This document shows, one piece after another, positions 1-11,222 of a DNA stretch of 32,000 bases. The position numbers were made by a program, and so were the translations under genes. Under the pieces are notes generated by a model that did no database searches, was not told the DNA's origin, and was given only the letters and a program-made list of their open reading frames with translations. Origin of the DNA: Zymomonas mobilis subsp. mobilis ATCC 10988 (GTDB taxonomy: Bacteria; Pseudomonadota; Alphaproteobacteria; Sphingomonadales; Sphingomonadaceae); NCBI RefSeq assembly GCF_000175255.2, contig NC_017262.1:30001-62000 (forward strand). The letters run 5' to 3'. The stretch's first letter is position 1. Every line of letters begins with the position of its first letter.

Positions 1-139
1 CGACGGTTTCCCATCCCATATCTTCAAAAGTGCGAAGCGCTGTTGATTTTCCGGCACCCGATAATCCGGTTACCAATAAAATACGCGCAGGCGGAGCCGC
101 AGAAGACGAGGGGGCAGAAGACAAATCATTCCGGCTCAT
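1..139 (-). CDS. rapZ: RNase adapter protein RapZ (nucleotide-binding), N-terminal part; continues beyond the window
   Basis: Reverse strand reads MSRNDLSSAPSSSAAPPARILLVTGLSGAGKSTALRTFEDMGWETV: the Walker A GLSGAGKS followed by xxALxxxEDxG(W/Y) typical of RapZ/YvcJ. It lies immediately downstream of hprK. Confidence 0.9.
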   Translation of the reverse strand, partial: MSRNDLSSAPSSSAAPPARILLVTGLSGAGKSTALRTFEDMGWETV

Positions 140-161
140 AGGTAAGATATCCTCTTCAATC

Positions 162-653
162 TCAATCTTTTAGCAGAATATCTCCCTGTAAACACGCTAT
201 TTTCATTTCAATTTTTATCGGTGTCGAAGCCTCAAAAGCCTTAAGCGTTAAAAGCGGCAAAGCCCGCCCTAAAATTTCTACAGAATCGGCAGGATCAGGC
301 ATCCGCTCAACGCTGTCATCCAAAATGACAGCCAAGGCCAGATTCGCCTTAGGCGAAAAGGGCATCTTGACAATCCCCACACCTCTTATTTCTAACAAAC
401 CTGCAATATGAGAAGGCGGAGAGGCAACCAAAAGCCGTTTTTCGGGATCATCTTCTATCAAGCTGTAATCATCACTGACCAGAATGGCTCCGCGATCTAT
501 CAGGCGCAAAGCAAGGTCGGACTTCCCGCTACCAGACGCACCGATCAAAAGAACGCCGTGATTTTTGATGAATATCGTCGTTGCATGAATCAAGGCCGAT
601 GATTCGTTTGAACCATCGGCCTTGCGGGTATTTTCAATAGTTACAGAAGACAT
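162..653 (-). CDS. hprK: HPr kinase/phosphorylase, short alphaproteobacterial form (catalytic domain only)
   Basis: 163 aa with Walker A GASGSGKSDLALRLIDRGA..LVSDD and the RGVGI motif; context chvI-chvG-hprK-rapZ. Confidence 0.92.
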   Translation of the reverse strand: MSSVTIENTRKADGSNESSALIHATTIFIKNHGVLLIGASGSGKSDLALRLIDRGAILVSDDYSLIEDDPEKRLLVASPPSHIAGLLEIRGVGIVKMPFSPKANLALAVILDDSVERMPDPADSVEILGRALPLLTLKAFEASTPIKIEMKIACLQGDILLKD

Positions 654-795
654 CTCAATTAGAACGCTTTAGCCCATGACATTACAAAGATAATCACAGT
701 CAAAAGCGATAAGAAATAGATATTCCAAAATCACCTTTTTCGGTGGAAATTTTCATCCATTTCGCTTGGAATGTCAGAGCTATTTTATCCATTCT

Positions 796-2433
796 CTAGG
801 CTTTTTTACCATTTTGGGTCGGATGAATGATCGGAGCGGCGGGAAGATGGACAATAAAGCTAGCACCGGCTTTTCCATGCGACCGCTTGGCGACCTCAAT
901 CGTGCCGTGATGGGCTTCAACCGTCGCTTTCGCAATCGCCAATCCCAAACCACTATGGCGACCAAAGGCTTCCTGACTGGGGCGGACAGAATGGAATCGC
1001 CGGAAAATTTCTTCCTTGGCATCATCCGGCACGCCGGGGCCTTCATCTTCTACTCTGATGACAACATCATCTTTGTCGCGGGTTGTGGTAATCGTTACCA
1101 AACCATCCGGCGGCGAAAATGAAATCGCGTTATCGATCAGATTTTCAACAACCCGCGTCAATCTCGTGCCATCGCCCAAAACCACGGCAATACCGGATTG
1201 CGGGCGGGCAAAAGCAATACGGACATCGGCTGCATCAGGCCGCCTCTCGCAATGCTTGGTGACACCTTGAATTAACGGGCCTAAATCAATGACTTCAAAG
1301 CTGGAACGCGCCATTTCTGCGTCAACACGCGAAGCCTCTGAAATATCGGTAATCAGGCGATCTAACCGCTGAATATCGTCACGAATGACGCCGATCAATT
1401 GCTGCCGCAAATGATCGTCTTTTATCATTTCCAGACTATCGACCGCCGACCGTAACGAAGCCAACGGATTTTTCAGCTCATGCGTTACATCAGCAGCAAA
1501 AGCCTCTGTCGCATCAATCCGCTGTTGCAAGGCGGTATTCATATCAGACAGCGATCTCGCCAATAGACCAATTTCATCACGGCGCGCGGGCAGGCGAGGG
1601 ACTTTAACCTCTCTTGCCTGTCCTAAACGGACGCGTACCGCTGCTTTGGCAAGGCTTTTCAATGGGTGAACAATTGTTCGCGCCAAAAATAAAGACAATC
1701 CGACAGAAACACAGGTAACGACCAATAAAACGATCATTGCCCAAAAACGCTGCCGTCTGACCTTATGGGTAATATAACGCGGGTTATCCGTTGCAAATAA
1801 GGTAGCGCCATCTTTCCCGATAGGGGTCGCGATTGAAATCAACGGTGTCCGATCCGCCGCCCATCTTATCTGCGCTGCCATTTCATTCTGGCTACGGGCA
1901 GTCACCGCTTCCGGCCATGCTTGCAGCCGGTCATCTTTCGGTTCCTGATAATAACTTAACGGGCTGGCATGGACGACAATATCATTGATCCGATCCAATG
2001 TGCGGGCAAGACGGTGCTGCCAGTCATCTTTTTTCGGGTCATGAATGGTATAAGTAGGCGGCTGTCCGTCCCAGCTATCAAATTGCCTTTTTCCGTCGGA
2101 ATTAAAAATCCGAATACGAAAGCCGGTTTGCTGTCCCATCTTACCGATCAGGCGATCCCATTCCGCTTCCGGTGTATTTTCGAGATTATCGGTAATAAGC
2201 TCGACCATCGCTTTATATTTACCGGTCTGAAGACCCGTCAGGCGATCGCGATATTGGGCGACATAGAAAAAGGTGCCAGCAAATATCAGAAGAACGAAAA
2301 TATTCACGGCCAGAATACGGGCAGTCAGCGACCAACGCGCTGACCAACCAAGCGCAAGCTCGTTTCTCCGCCAGTGATAGCGGGAAGCCGCGTCTTCTTC
2401 TTTATTCTTCGGCAAATCGGTAGCCGATACCAT
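796..2433 (-). CDS. chvG: ChvG-type sensor histidine kinase
   Basis: 545 aa. HAMP-like region, H-box [22 protein letters not shown]-box [15 protein letters not shown]-boxes [15 protein letters not shown] / [20 protein letters not shown]. Adjacent to an OmpR-family regulator. Confidence 0.93.
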   Translation of the reverse strand: MVSATDLPKNKEEDAASRYHWRRNELALGWSARWSLTARILAVNIFVLLIFAGTFFYVAQYRDRLTGLQTGKYKAMVELITDNLENTPEAEWDRLIGKMGQQTGFRIRIFNSDGKRQFDSWDGQPPTYTIHDPKKDDWQHRLARTLDRINDIVVHASPLSYYQEPKDDRLQAWPEAVTARSQNEMAAQIRWAADRTPLISIATPIGKDGATLFATDNPRYITHKVRRQRFWAMIVLLVVTCVSVGLSLFLARTIVHPLKSLAKAAVRVRLGQAREVKVPRLPARRDEIGLLARSLSDMNTALQQRIDATEAFAADVTHELKNPLASLRSAVDSLEMIKDDHLRQQLIGVIRDDIQRLDRLITDISEASRVDAEMARSSFEVIDLGPLIQGVTKHCERRPDAADVRIAFARPQSGIAVVLGDGTRLTRVVENLIDNAISFSPPDGLVTITTTRDKDDVVIRVEDEGPGVPDDAKEEIFRRFHSVRPSQEAFGRHSGLGLAIAKATVEAHHGTIEVAKRSHGKAGASFIVHLPAAPIIHPTQNGKKA

Positions 2434-3109
2434 AGAGCGTCTCTATACTTTTGAATTGATTATCTACCTGGCGGAATTTACGCCGCAGGCGCTTGATATG
2501 GCTGTCTATGGTGCGATCATCGACATAGACATCATCCTGATAGGCGGTATCCATCAATTGGTCACGCGATTTTACAAAACCGGGACGCTGCGCCAAGGCC
2601 TCAAGGATCAGAAACTCTGTCACCGTCAAGGAAATATCCTCACCGTCCCATGACACCTGATGCCGATCAGGGTCCATCACCAGACGACCTCTAACAATGA
2701 TATGGCTATTTTGGGGCGTTTCTTCAGATTTTTCCTGAAATCTGGCTTCGGTGCGCCGTAACAAAGCCCGAATCCGCGCGATCAACAGTCGCAAAGAGAA
2801 AGGCTTGGCGATATAATCATCGGCACCGGAAGCCAAACCCAAGGCCTCATCCAGCTCATCATCTTTGGAGGTCAGAAAAATGACCGGCACCATGCTTTTT
2901 TCACGCAATCGCCGCAAAACCTCCATTCCGTCCATGATGGGCATTTTGATATCCAAAACAACCAAATCGGGCGGCGATTCCAAAAGTGCATTCAGAGCCG
3001 TTTTCCCATCAGAATAGACTCTGACAGAAAATCCCTCTGACTGAAGCGTCATCGAAACCGAGGCTAAAATATTACGGTCATCATCGACCAAGGCGATTGA
3101 AGCAGTCAT
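2402..3109 (-). CDS. chvI: ChvI-type OmpR/PhoB-family response regulator
   Basis: 235 aa. Receiver domain [37 protein letters not shown] and C-terminal winged helix [20 protein letters not shown]. The 3' end overlaps the chvG start. Confidence 0.93.
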   Translation of the reverse strand: MTASIALVDDDRNILASVSMTLQSEGFSVRVYSDGKTALNALLESPPDLVVLDIKMPIMDGMEVLRRLREKSMVPVIFLTSKDDELDEALGLASGADDYIAKPFSLRLLIARIRALLRRTEARFQEKSEETPQNSHIIVRGRLVMDPDRHQVSWDGEDISLTVTEFLILEALAQRPGFVKSRDQLMDTAYQDDVYVDDRTIDSHIKRLRRKFRQVDNQFKSIETLYGIGYRFAEE

Positions 3110-3370
3110 TTATTTTCGCTCTACTGCATAAATCATTGTGAAATGGCAACCATTATCGGCCAAATTTTTTTATCCTTTTGCTACTCTTGATCGGTTCTTT
3201 GATTTATTTCCGCTTCTAACAACGGGTTTAAACAAAAAATGCAAAATAAATAAGGAAAAACCCTATCAGGGTGCTAGAAAGCAAAGCCATCCCATTATAT
3301 AGGGCTACGAATCTTATTGCCCAATCAGATCCTTATGAATTTCTATGATTAAGGTTTTGAACGGGCCTGA

Positions 3371-4843
<1,473 letters not shown>

Positions 4844-4878
4844 AAGCTTTGTTGTAACGATCAAAAGGAGTCTTGGCG

Positions 4879-6105
4879 GTGATCCCTCAAGCCAGAGTAG
4901 AAGCCGCCATAGAACTGCTTGACCAGATTATTCAGGCGGTGCGTGACGAAGGTTCTGCGGCTGATCGACTGATTAGCCAATATTTCAAAACGCGCCGCTA
5001 TGCTGGTTCAAAAGATCGGGCAGCCATTCGCAGCTTGGTCTATCGGGCTATTCGCGAGATAGGCGATTGTCCGATAAATGGGCGCGCTGCGATGATCCAG
5101 TTGGCACAAAATGATGCTGAACTGGCTTTCTTATTTGACGGATCAATGCGCGCTCCTGCGCCCATATCCGATAAAGAATTCGCTGAAGCGGCTAAAATTT
5201 CTCAAAAAAACACATCTTTGCTGCCTGCATGGCTAGCTGAAAAGATGGCGGCCAGCGATATCGACACCGCCGAGCAAAATGCTCTTTTGGGGCGCGCTCC
5301 GCTCGATATTCGCTTTAATCCCCATTTAACGGATATAGACACGGTTCTTGCAGCCTTCCCAGAAGGGCAAGTAATATCCGGCTTACCTTATGCGGTTCGT
5401 CTTCCCGAAGGCACAAAAGTCGATCAATCTCCTTTGTGGAAATCGGGTGCGATCGAAATACAGGATGCCGGTTCCCAATGGGCAAGTTCTATCTGCCAAG
5501 CCCAATTAGGCATGAAGGTCATTGATCTTTGCGCAGGGGCAGGGGGTAAAAGCCTCGCTTTGGCTAGCGATATGTTGGCCAATAACAATGCGGCAAAATT
5601 GGATTTGATCGCTTGCGATACCGACCGCAATCGTCTGTCTCGATTGCAACCTCGCGCGGAACGCGCCAAACTGCCCCCCATTGAACAACGGCTCCTTAAT
5701 CCTAAACAGGAAGAGAAGGCATTAGGCGACCTCGCACATCAAGCGGATCTCGTGTTAATTGATGCCCCTTGTTCTGGAAGTGGCACATGGCGGCGTAATC
5801 CCGAAGCCCGCTGGCGCCTCAATCCGACGCGCTTGCAACGGGTTATCGACACGCAAAGCCATCTTTTGGATGTTGCCTCTCAACTGGTTCGCCCTAACGG
5901 CTATTTGGTCTATGTCGTCTGTTCTGTACTGGATGATGAAGGTGCCAACCAGATCACGGCTTTCCTCAATCGTCATCCTGATTGGACAGTCGAAAATCCA
6001 GATATCCAAGCGGGGTGTTTACGCGGGGATGGTCGTCGCTTTACTGTGCTTCAAGACAAAAGTGATGGCTTTTTTGTCAGTCGGCTCCGTTATATCGGCC
6101 GTTAA
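4879..6105 (+). CDS. rsmB: 16S rRNA (cytosine-5)-methyltransferase, RsmB/NOP2/Sun family
   Basis: VIDLCAGAGGKSLALA SAM motif, DAPCSGSGTWRRNPEARWRL motif IV, YVVCSVLDDEGANQI. The provided ORF starts at TTG 4873; GTG 4879 is better placed after the aaaggag at 4864-4870. Confidence 0.88.
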   Translation: MIPQARVEAAIELLDQIIQAVRDEGSAADRLISQYFKTRRYAGSKDRAAIRSLVYRAIREIGDCPINGRAAMIQLAQNDAELAFLFDGSMRAPAPISDKEFAEAAKISQKNTSLLPAWLAEKMAASDIDTAEQNALLGRAPLDIRFNPHLTDIDTVLAAFPEGQVISGLPYAVRLPEGTKVDQSPLWKSGAIEIQDAGSQWASSICQAQLGMKVIDLCAGAGGKSLALASDMLANNNAAKLDLIACDTDRNRLSRLQPRAERAKLPPIEQRLLNPKQEEKALGDLAHQADLVLIDAPCSGSGTWRRNPEARWRLNPTRLQRVIDTQSHLLDVASQLVRPNGYLVYVVCSVLDDEGANQITAFLNRHPDWTVENPDIQAGCLRGDGRRFTVLQDKSDGFFVSRLRYIGR

Positions 6106-6313
6106 AGCCGCGATAGAACGCAAAATTTAAAGCCAAAATCGGCGTTTTTGCCTCTCATCAATAACGGATAAAATCTTTACTGACCTGATTGTCTCTTTCC
6201 GCCATCATAACTATTCGTTGCGATGGCAAGATAGTCAGGTTAGAGTTTTCCTTAATCGGTCATTATCGGTTGTCATGGGTAGTCTTCAGTCTGTTCCTTT
6301 TCCGGAGAAAATA

Positions 6314-6904
6314 ATGCATTTTTCGCCTCTAGCCCTTGTCCTTTCTCTGACATTGGCCTCAGGAACACCGGTGCTTCAAGGTAGAGCGGATAGCGATATC
6401 AATCCCTATTCTACCCATTTGATGCTTCAGGCTGAAAAATCGCAAAAAGAAGGCCATCTGGTCGAGGCCGAACAACTTCTTGAAAGCGCTCTGGCCGTCG
6501 ATCCTCGCAATAAAAATGCCTTTATCGCTTTGGGACGTGTGGCCGCTGCACAGGATTTAACCGGAAAAGCCATTCGTTTTTATCGCAGCGCATTAACGAT
6601 TGATCCGACCGACACCACGGCATTGGAAGCGCAAGGCGAAGCCATGGTGGCCAAAGGTGCCATGAATAGAGCGCAGCAAAATCTTACGAAAATAAAAGAA
6701 ATCTGTAAAACAGAATGCCCTGCCTATAATGCCCTTGCTGCCGTTATTGCCAAAGGCCCACCGGCCACCTCACAGGTCAAAACTGCTGATAGCCACATAG
6801 CAAATGACAATTCCGCAACAGTTGCCTCGAATACGCCTAAAAACACTTCGTCTTCCGAAGCCACTTCTAAAACGCCTAACACCTCCAAAAATATTATAAA
6901 ATAA
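6314..6904 (+). CDS. Tetratricopeptide-repeat protein with a likely N-terminal signal peptide
   Basis: ATG 6314 follows ccggagaaaat. The start MHFSPLALVLSLTLASGTPVLQG resembles a signal peptide. TPR-like KEGHLVEAEQLLESALAVDPRNKNAFIALGRVAAAQDLTGKAIRFYRSALTIDPTD. Low-complexity S/T/N tail. Confidence 0.75.
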   Translation: MHFSPLALVLSLTLASGTPVLQGRADSDINPYSTHLMLQAEKSQKEGHLVEAEQLLESALAVDPRNKNAFIALGRVAAAQDLTGKAIRFYRSALTIDPTDTTALEAQGEAMVAKGAMNRAQQNLTKIKEICKTECPAYNALAAVIAKGPPATSQVKTADSHIANDNSATVASNTPKNTSSSEATSKTPNTSKNIIK

Positions 6905-7325
6905 TATTTTAAGGTCATAATTTTAATTTTTTATACCAAAAATGGGGTTTTATTCCTTTTCTGGAATCGAATAGCAAAGCTCTGCGGGTAAAGCCTTTTC
7001 TGTCCGTGTTTTTTTGTGTATCTCCTCTTCAACTTTTACCTATAAAATTCGCCAGAGCCTATAAAACTCATATCTTGCTGATTTTGTTGTTTTATAATGG
7101 CTATGTCTTTTTATTCATTTGGTATTTTGAGGAGGATGTGCACTGCGCTTTCAAAAGATATCTGAAAATACTCTATTTGTGATGACTGACGATATTATGG
7201 GAAATGAATTCCATCGTTTATTCATCATCAAGATGGTATCATGGCAAGCAATGTCTCATCTTATTCATTTCTCCCTGAAATAACGGAAGAAATAGCCTCT
7301 TTGCTTTGCATAAAATTATTGTATT

Positions 7326-7354
7326 TTTGCAGCAAAAATACTTGATAGTATAAT
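7326..7354 (+). promoter_or_regulatory. Candidate sigma70-type promoter for the 7408-11211 gene cluster
   Basis: TATAAT at 7349-7354 with tttgca at 7326-7331 and a 17-nt spacer; about 55 nt upstream of the 7408 start. Confidence 0.4.
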
Positions 7355-7407
7355 CAACGATCTTGTAACGGACTTAAGCAAGATCATTACTCCCTAGGTT
7401 TATAGCA

Positions 7408-8130
7408 ATGCCCCAACCCGAGCCTTCCCGAAATAGATCAGCCCCTCTCATCGCCCTTGTCGGTGCCGATGGAAGTGGCAAGACCACTGTTGGTCAGGAA
7501 TTGCTTGAATGGTTGCAGACAATGCGGCCGACGGCTTTTTGTCATCTTGGAAAACAAACCGGAAATTGGGGTCGGGCTATTGCCCGTATGCCTTTTGTGG
7601 GCAAAAAACTTGATAAACAAGTTATTGCCCGCTCTTCCAAAGCACGGGATGAAAAAGGGGCAGGGGCAACGGTTTCAATCGTTATTTTTGCGCTTTCCAT
7701 GCGTCGGGTATTTCGTTTTTTGCGGATGCGAAGACTCCATCGCAAGGGCTTTATGATCTTAACCGATCGTTACCCTCAAGCGGTTGTTCCTGGGCCCATG
7801 GACGGGCCCGGCTTGGTCGCCAGAAATCCGAAAGGCATGATTGCTCGCTTTTTGACGGGGCGAGAGCAAGCCTTATATGATTGGATGGCTTCTTATAAGC
7901 CGGATATCGTGATCAGGCTCAATGTCGATCTCGAAACGGCACTCAAACGCAAACCCGATCATCGACCCGCTTCTTTGGAAAGAAAAGTAAGGGATGTTCC
8001 TCGCTTGTCTTTTAATGGGGCCCCTATTCTCGATCTGGATAGCCGCGAACCCTTGGATCAGGTAATTGGCAAAGCAAAAGCTGCCATTCTCGACGTTATT
8101 GCGCGTTATGACCAAGCGACCGCCAAGTAA
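7408..8130 (+). CDS. Thymidylate kinase-like P-loop nucleotide kinase (paralog 1)
   Basis: LIALVGADGSGKTTVGQELLEWL Walker A, ILTDRYPQA, DIVIRLNVDLETALKRKPDHRPASLERKVRDV. Confidence 0.8.
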   Translation: MPQPEPSRNRSAPLIALVGADGSGKTTVGQELLEWLQTMRPTAFCHLGKQTGNWGRAIARMPFVGKKLDKQVIARSSKARDEKGAGATVSIVIFALSMRRVFRFLRMRRLHRKGFMILTDRYPQAVVPGPMDGPGLVARNPKGMIARFLTGREQALYDWMASYKPDIVIRLNVDLETALKRKPDHRPASLERKVRDVPRLSFNGAPILDLDSREPLDQVIGKAKAAILDVIARYDQATAK

Positions 8131-8134
8131 ACCC

Positions 8135-8905
8135 ATGGAATTATTATTGGATAACAAGACGCCACCGATTGAAAAGGCTCCCTACCCAAAGGCTCATACT
8201 CATCCGACGGGTAAATTGATCGCGCTTGTCGGCTGTGATGGCAGTGGGAAATCCAGTCTGACGACAGATCTCATTGCGGCCATACAAAAATATACGCCTG
8301 TCAAACGCTATTATCTTGGCTTGGGATCAGGGGATTTGGGCAGAAAAATCGGACAAATTCCTGTAGTCGGATCATGGATCGAAAATCTTCTCAAGCAAAG
8401 GGCGACTACCACTCGGACAAAAGGCAAAAAGATACCGGGTGTTATGACGGCATTAGTCGTTTATTTTTTCTCTTTACGGCGTTTTTGTTCCTATCTCAAA
8501 ATGAGACGCGCCTTAAAGACTGGTATTACGGTTATCACAGACCGCTATCCACAGGCTGAAATCGCTGGACAATGTGACGGACCCGGCTTGTCAGCCGCTA
8601 AGGCTGGCAATCGTTTTGTCAGTTGGCTGGTGCGGTCAGAAGCTGCACTTTACCAACGAATGGCGTCCTTCCAACCTGATCTCGTTTTACGTCTGGATGT
8701 CGATCCCGAGACAGCCCATGCTCGTAAACCCGATCATGATATTGAGGCGCTGCGTATTAAATCGGAAATTATGCAGCATTTGACTTTCGGTGGCGCCCAT
8801 ATGGAAGTCATCGATGCCACGCGCCCCTATAAGGCTGTCTGGAAAGATATTGTGCGTTTGGTGCAACCCTATCTAACGGTTGACCTCGCTTCAAACCAGA
8901 AATAG
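8135..8905 (+). CDS. Thymidylate kinase-like P-loop nucleotide kinase (paralog 2)
   Basis: LIALVGCDGSGKSSLTTDLIAAI Walker A, VITDRYPQAEIAGQCDGPGLS, DLVLRLDVDPETAHARKPDHDIEALRIK. ATG 8135 lies 4 nt after the upstream stop; the provided start at 8066 would overlap paralog 1. Confidence 0.8.
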   Translation: MELLLDNKTPPIEKAPYPKAHTHPTGKLIALVGCDGSGKSSLTTDLIAAIQKYTPVKRYYLGLGSGDLGRKIGQIPVVGSWIENLLKQRATTTRTKGKKIPGVMTALVVYFFSLRRFCSYLKMRRALKTGITVITDRYPQAEIAGQCDGPGLSAAKAGNRFVSWLVRSEAALYQRMASFQPDLVLRLDVDPETAHARKPDHDIEALRIKSEIMQHLTFGGAHMEVIDATRPYKAVWKDIVRLVQPYLTVDLASNQK

Positions 8906-8990
8906 CACAAAAATCCATTCAATAGGGCCAGACTTCATCCCGAATTTTGGCCTTAAATTTTACTAAGGTAAGAAAAGGCAAGAACCGCCT

Positions 8991-10325
8991 ATGTCAGGAT
9001 GGTTGAAAGACCGCGTTTTTCGAACTGTTCTGAAAAACGCAGGATATCTGGGATCAACAAAACTGATCGGCGCTTTAATCGGGCTAGGCGCGCTGATTGG
9101 GGCAGGGCGGATGCTGACGGCGGTGGAATTCGGTACGTTGATGCTGATTCACACATATGCTTTGGGGGTCGGTGCCTTAACCAAGTTTCAAAGCTGGCAG
9201 ATGATTTTAAAATTTGGTGCCCGTCCTTACGAACAAGGCAACCGTTCTATTGTAGCCAAAGCCATCCGTTTTGCGGTTGGACTGGATATGGCTTCAGGTG
9301 TTTTTGGTATGGTCGTTGGTATGACGATATTGTGCTTTGCGGCTTCCTATGTCGGAATTGGTCAACAATATACACCTATCGCGCTTTTATATTGTACCCT
9401 TATCCCTACAATGTCATCGGCGACTCCAACGGGTGTTTTGCGCTTGGTTGGGCGTTTTGACCTTCTTGCCAAACAACAAATTATTACCCCTCTTTTGCGG
9501 GGCGTTGGCGCGCTGCTTTCTTGGATATTGGGCCTCGGTTTTGTCAGCTTTGTTGCGACATGGTATCTAGCGGATATCGCCGGAGACCTCGTTTTATGGG
9601 TAATGACGGTAAAAGAACTCCGTGAACGGGACATGCAATCCGCTTTGCGTCCCAGCCTTCGCGAGGCACCCGCGTCTTTACCAGGGGTATGGAATTTCGT
9701 CTGGTTGACCAATCTTAACACAACACTGGATGCTTGCTGGTCTCCGGTTGGCAATCTGATTGTGGGCGGTATGTTGGGGGCGGCGGCGGCTGGTCGATAC
9801 AAGATTGCCACGACATTATTGGATTCTGCGGTCAAACCCGCGCGTTTTCTGGAAAAAGGTTTCTATCCTGAAATTATGCGTCTTGATCCCAAAAGCCGCC
9901 ATCCTTGGCATCTGGCTTTACGAACTGGCCTTCTGTCAGGGGCGATAGGCTTATGCGTCATGTTGGTTATCTTAATCGGTGGCAAGCCTCTTATCAGTCT
10001 GTTTGGCCATAAATATGCCGAAGCTTCGACATTGATGACAATCATGTCACCAGCCTTGGTGATCTCTATGGCCTGCTTTCCTCTGGAATCGCTGCTCTAT
10101 ATGGCGGGGCAGGCCAAGGCTGTGCTTGTTGCCCAGATTGTGTCGGTCATCACCTATATTACGGCTCTTGTGTGCTTAACCCATGCCTTTGGCCTGCATG
10201 GGGCAGGGATCTCTTATATTTTCGGTATCTTCCTATTAAATATTTTAGCCATGATTCCGGCTCTTATAGGCTATACACGTCGCTATCTTCTGGAATCCGA
10301 AACTGTTACCAACAGCGAAGTTTAA
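8991..10325 (+). CDS. Polysaccharide flippase/Wzx-like multi-spanning membrane protein
   Basis: 444 aa with many hydrophobic helices (GAAAAGRYKIATTLLDSAVKPARFLEKGFYPEIMRL, LMTIMSPALVISMACFPLESLLYMAGQAKAVLVAQI), a MATE/MOP-type polysaccharide exporter pattern. Confidence 0.7.
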   Translation: MSGWLKDRVFRTVLKNAGYLGSTKLIGALIGLGALIGAGRMLTAVEFGTLMLIHTYALGVGALTKFQSWQMILKFGARPYEQGNRSIVAKAIRFAVGLDMASGVFGMVVGMTILCFAASYVGIGQQYTPIALLYCTLIPTMSSATPTGVLRLVGRFDLLAKQQIITPLLRGVGALLSWILGLGFVSFVATWYLADIAGDLVLWVMTVKELRERDMQSALRPSLREAPASLPGVWNFVWLTNLNTTLDACWSPVGNLIVGGMLGAAAAGRYKIATTLLDSAVKPARFLEKGFYPEIMRLDPKSRHPWHLALRTGLLSGAIGLCVMLVILIGGKPLISLFGHKYAEASTLMTIMSPALVISMACFPLESLLYMAGQAKAVLVAQIVSVITYITALVCLTHAFGLHGAGISYIFGIFLLNILAMIPALIGYTRRYLLESETVTNSEV

Positions 10326-10341
10326 AGAGAGCAGAGAATCG

Positions 10342-11211
10342 ATGGGTTATAAAAAAGCACCGAAAAAGAATATCTCGCTGGCTAATCCGCGTTTTACAGA
10401 TGCCGAACTTGATCAATTATTTGAAAATGTCCTGCTAGATGATGAACCCCATCTTGAAGCCATCTGCCCTGACGGTGATCGACCTGCCTTAAAAGAGCAT
10501 GATAGCGAAGAATGTTATCGCCTTTGCTGGCAACTTCTTGAAAGAGGCGTCAATATACCGGATTTTAGACGACTGGTTTTAACGATTATCCGACGCGGTG
10601 GTACAGAGGATGCCGAAGAAAAACAGGCGTTCAAATATGCCCGCGCTCGTTTCAAACATATTCGCTTTGCTTGTGCCAATATGGATGAACGGCATCGCTA
10701 TCCATGGTCTGTCAATCTGGTAACCAGCCTGATGGGACATATGCAGGATGCGTTTAAAAATCGGCAAAAAGGCAAAACAATTTTGTGGGGCGCATTGCTT
10801 TGGGCTGCGCTGATGCCGCCTTTTTACAATATTGTGCGCTGGCAACTCGCCGATTTCAGACCTGCCAGTGTATCAAGCTTGATGACTTATTTTGCGGATC
10901 AAAATCGTAAAATCAAAACCGCCTTGAAAGATGACAAGGTCACAGGTCATAAATTCCATAATATTCGCAAAATCATCAGCCGTCGCATTTCTTTTAACGA
11001 TACCCTGCGGGTTATCCATCCGGCCAATTGGAATCACCAGATGTCTTTCTATCTGGCTACGATCAATGGCCTTATGGGCGATATGCATGACGAATTGGTC
11101 GAAAAGCAGATTCGAGGTGAACAGGACTATACCCAATTCGCTTTTCCGATACCGGATTCGATCCTTAGCCGTTTAAAAACTCTGTTAAAACTGGGTGAAA
11201 CCGGTTTTTAA
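10342..11211 (+). CDS. Uncharacterized protein, possible divergent CHAD-like helical domain
   Basis: 289 aa ORF starting 17 nt after the flippase stop. The segment GHKFHNIRKIISRRISFNDTLRV...FYLATINGLMGDMHDELVEK resembles the H-x-x-R-K...R...LGxxxD spacing of CHAD proteins. Confidence 0.6.
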   Translation: MGYKKAPKKNISLANPRFTDAELDQLFENVLLDDEPHLEAICPDGDRPALKEHDSEECYRLCWQLLERGVNIPDFRRLVLTIIRRGGTEDAEEKQAFKYARARFKHIRFACANMDERHRYPWSVNLVTSLMGHMQDAFKNRQKGKTILWGALLWAALMPPFYNIVRWQLADFRPASVSSLMTYFADQNRKIKTALKDDKVTGHKFHNIRKIISRRISFNDTLRVIHPANWNHQMSFYLATINGLMGDMHDELVEKQIRGEQDYTQFAFPIPDSILSRLKTLLKLGETGF

Positions 11212-11222
11212 TCACGACAAAT

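Noticed and set aside
766-1270. Plus-strand ORFs 766-1122 and 1016-1270
   Set aside because: Antisense to the strongly supported chvG coding region; shadow ORFs.
7182-7283. 33-aa ORF MTDDIMGNEFHRLFIIKMVSWQAMSHLIHFSLK
   Set aside because: No ribosome-binding site, no recognisable composition or homology; compatible with chance.
8066-8134. N-terminal extension of the second kinase overlapping the first kinase gene
   Set aside because: MAKQKLPFSTLLRVMTKRPPSKP is the first kinase's 3' coding region read in another frame. ATG 8135 directly after the stop is the better start.
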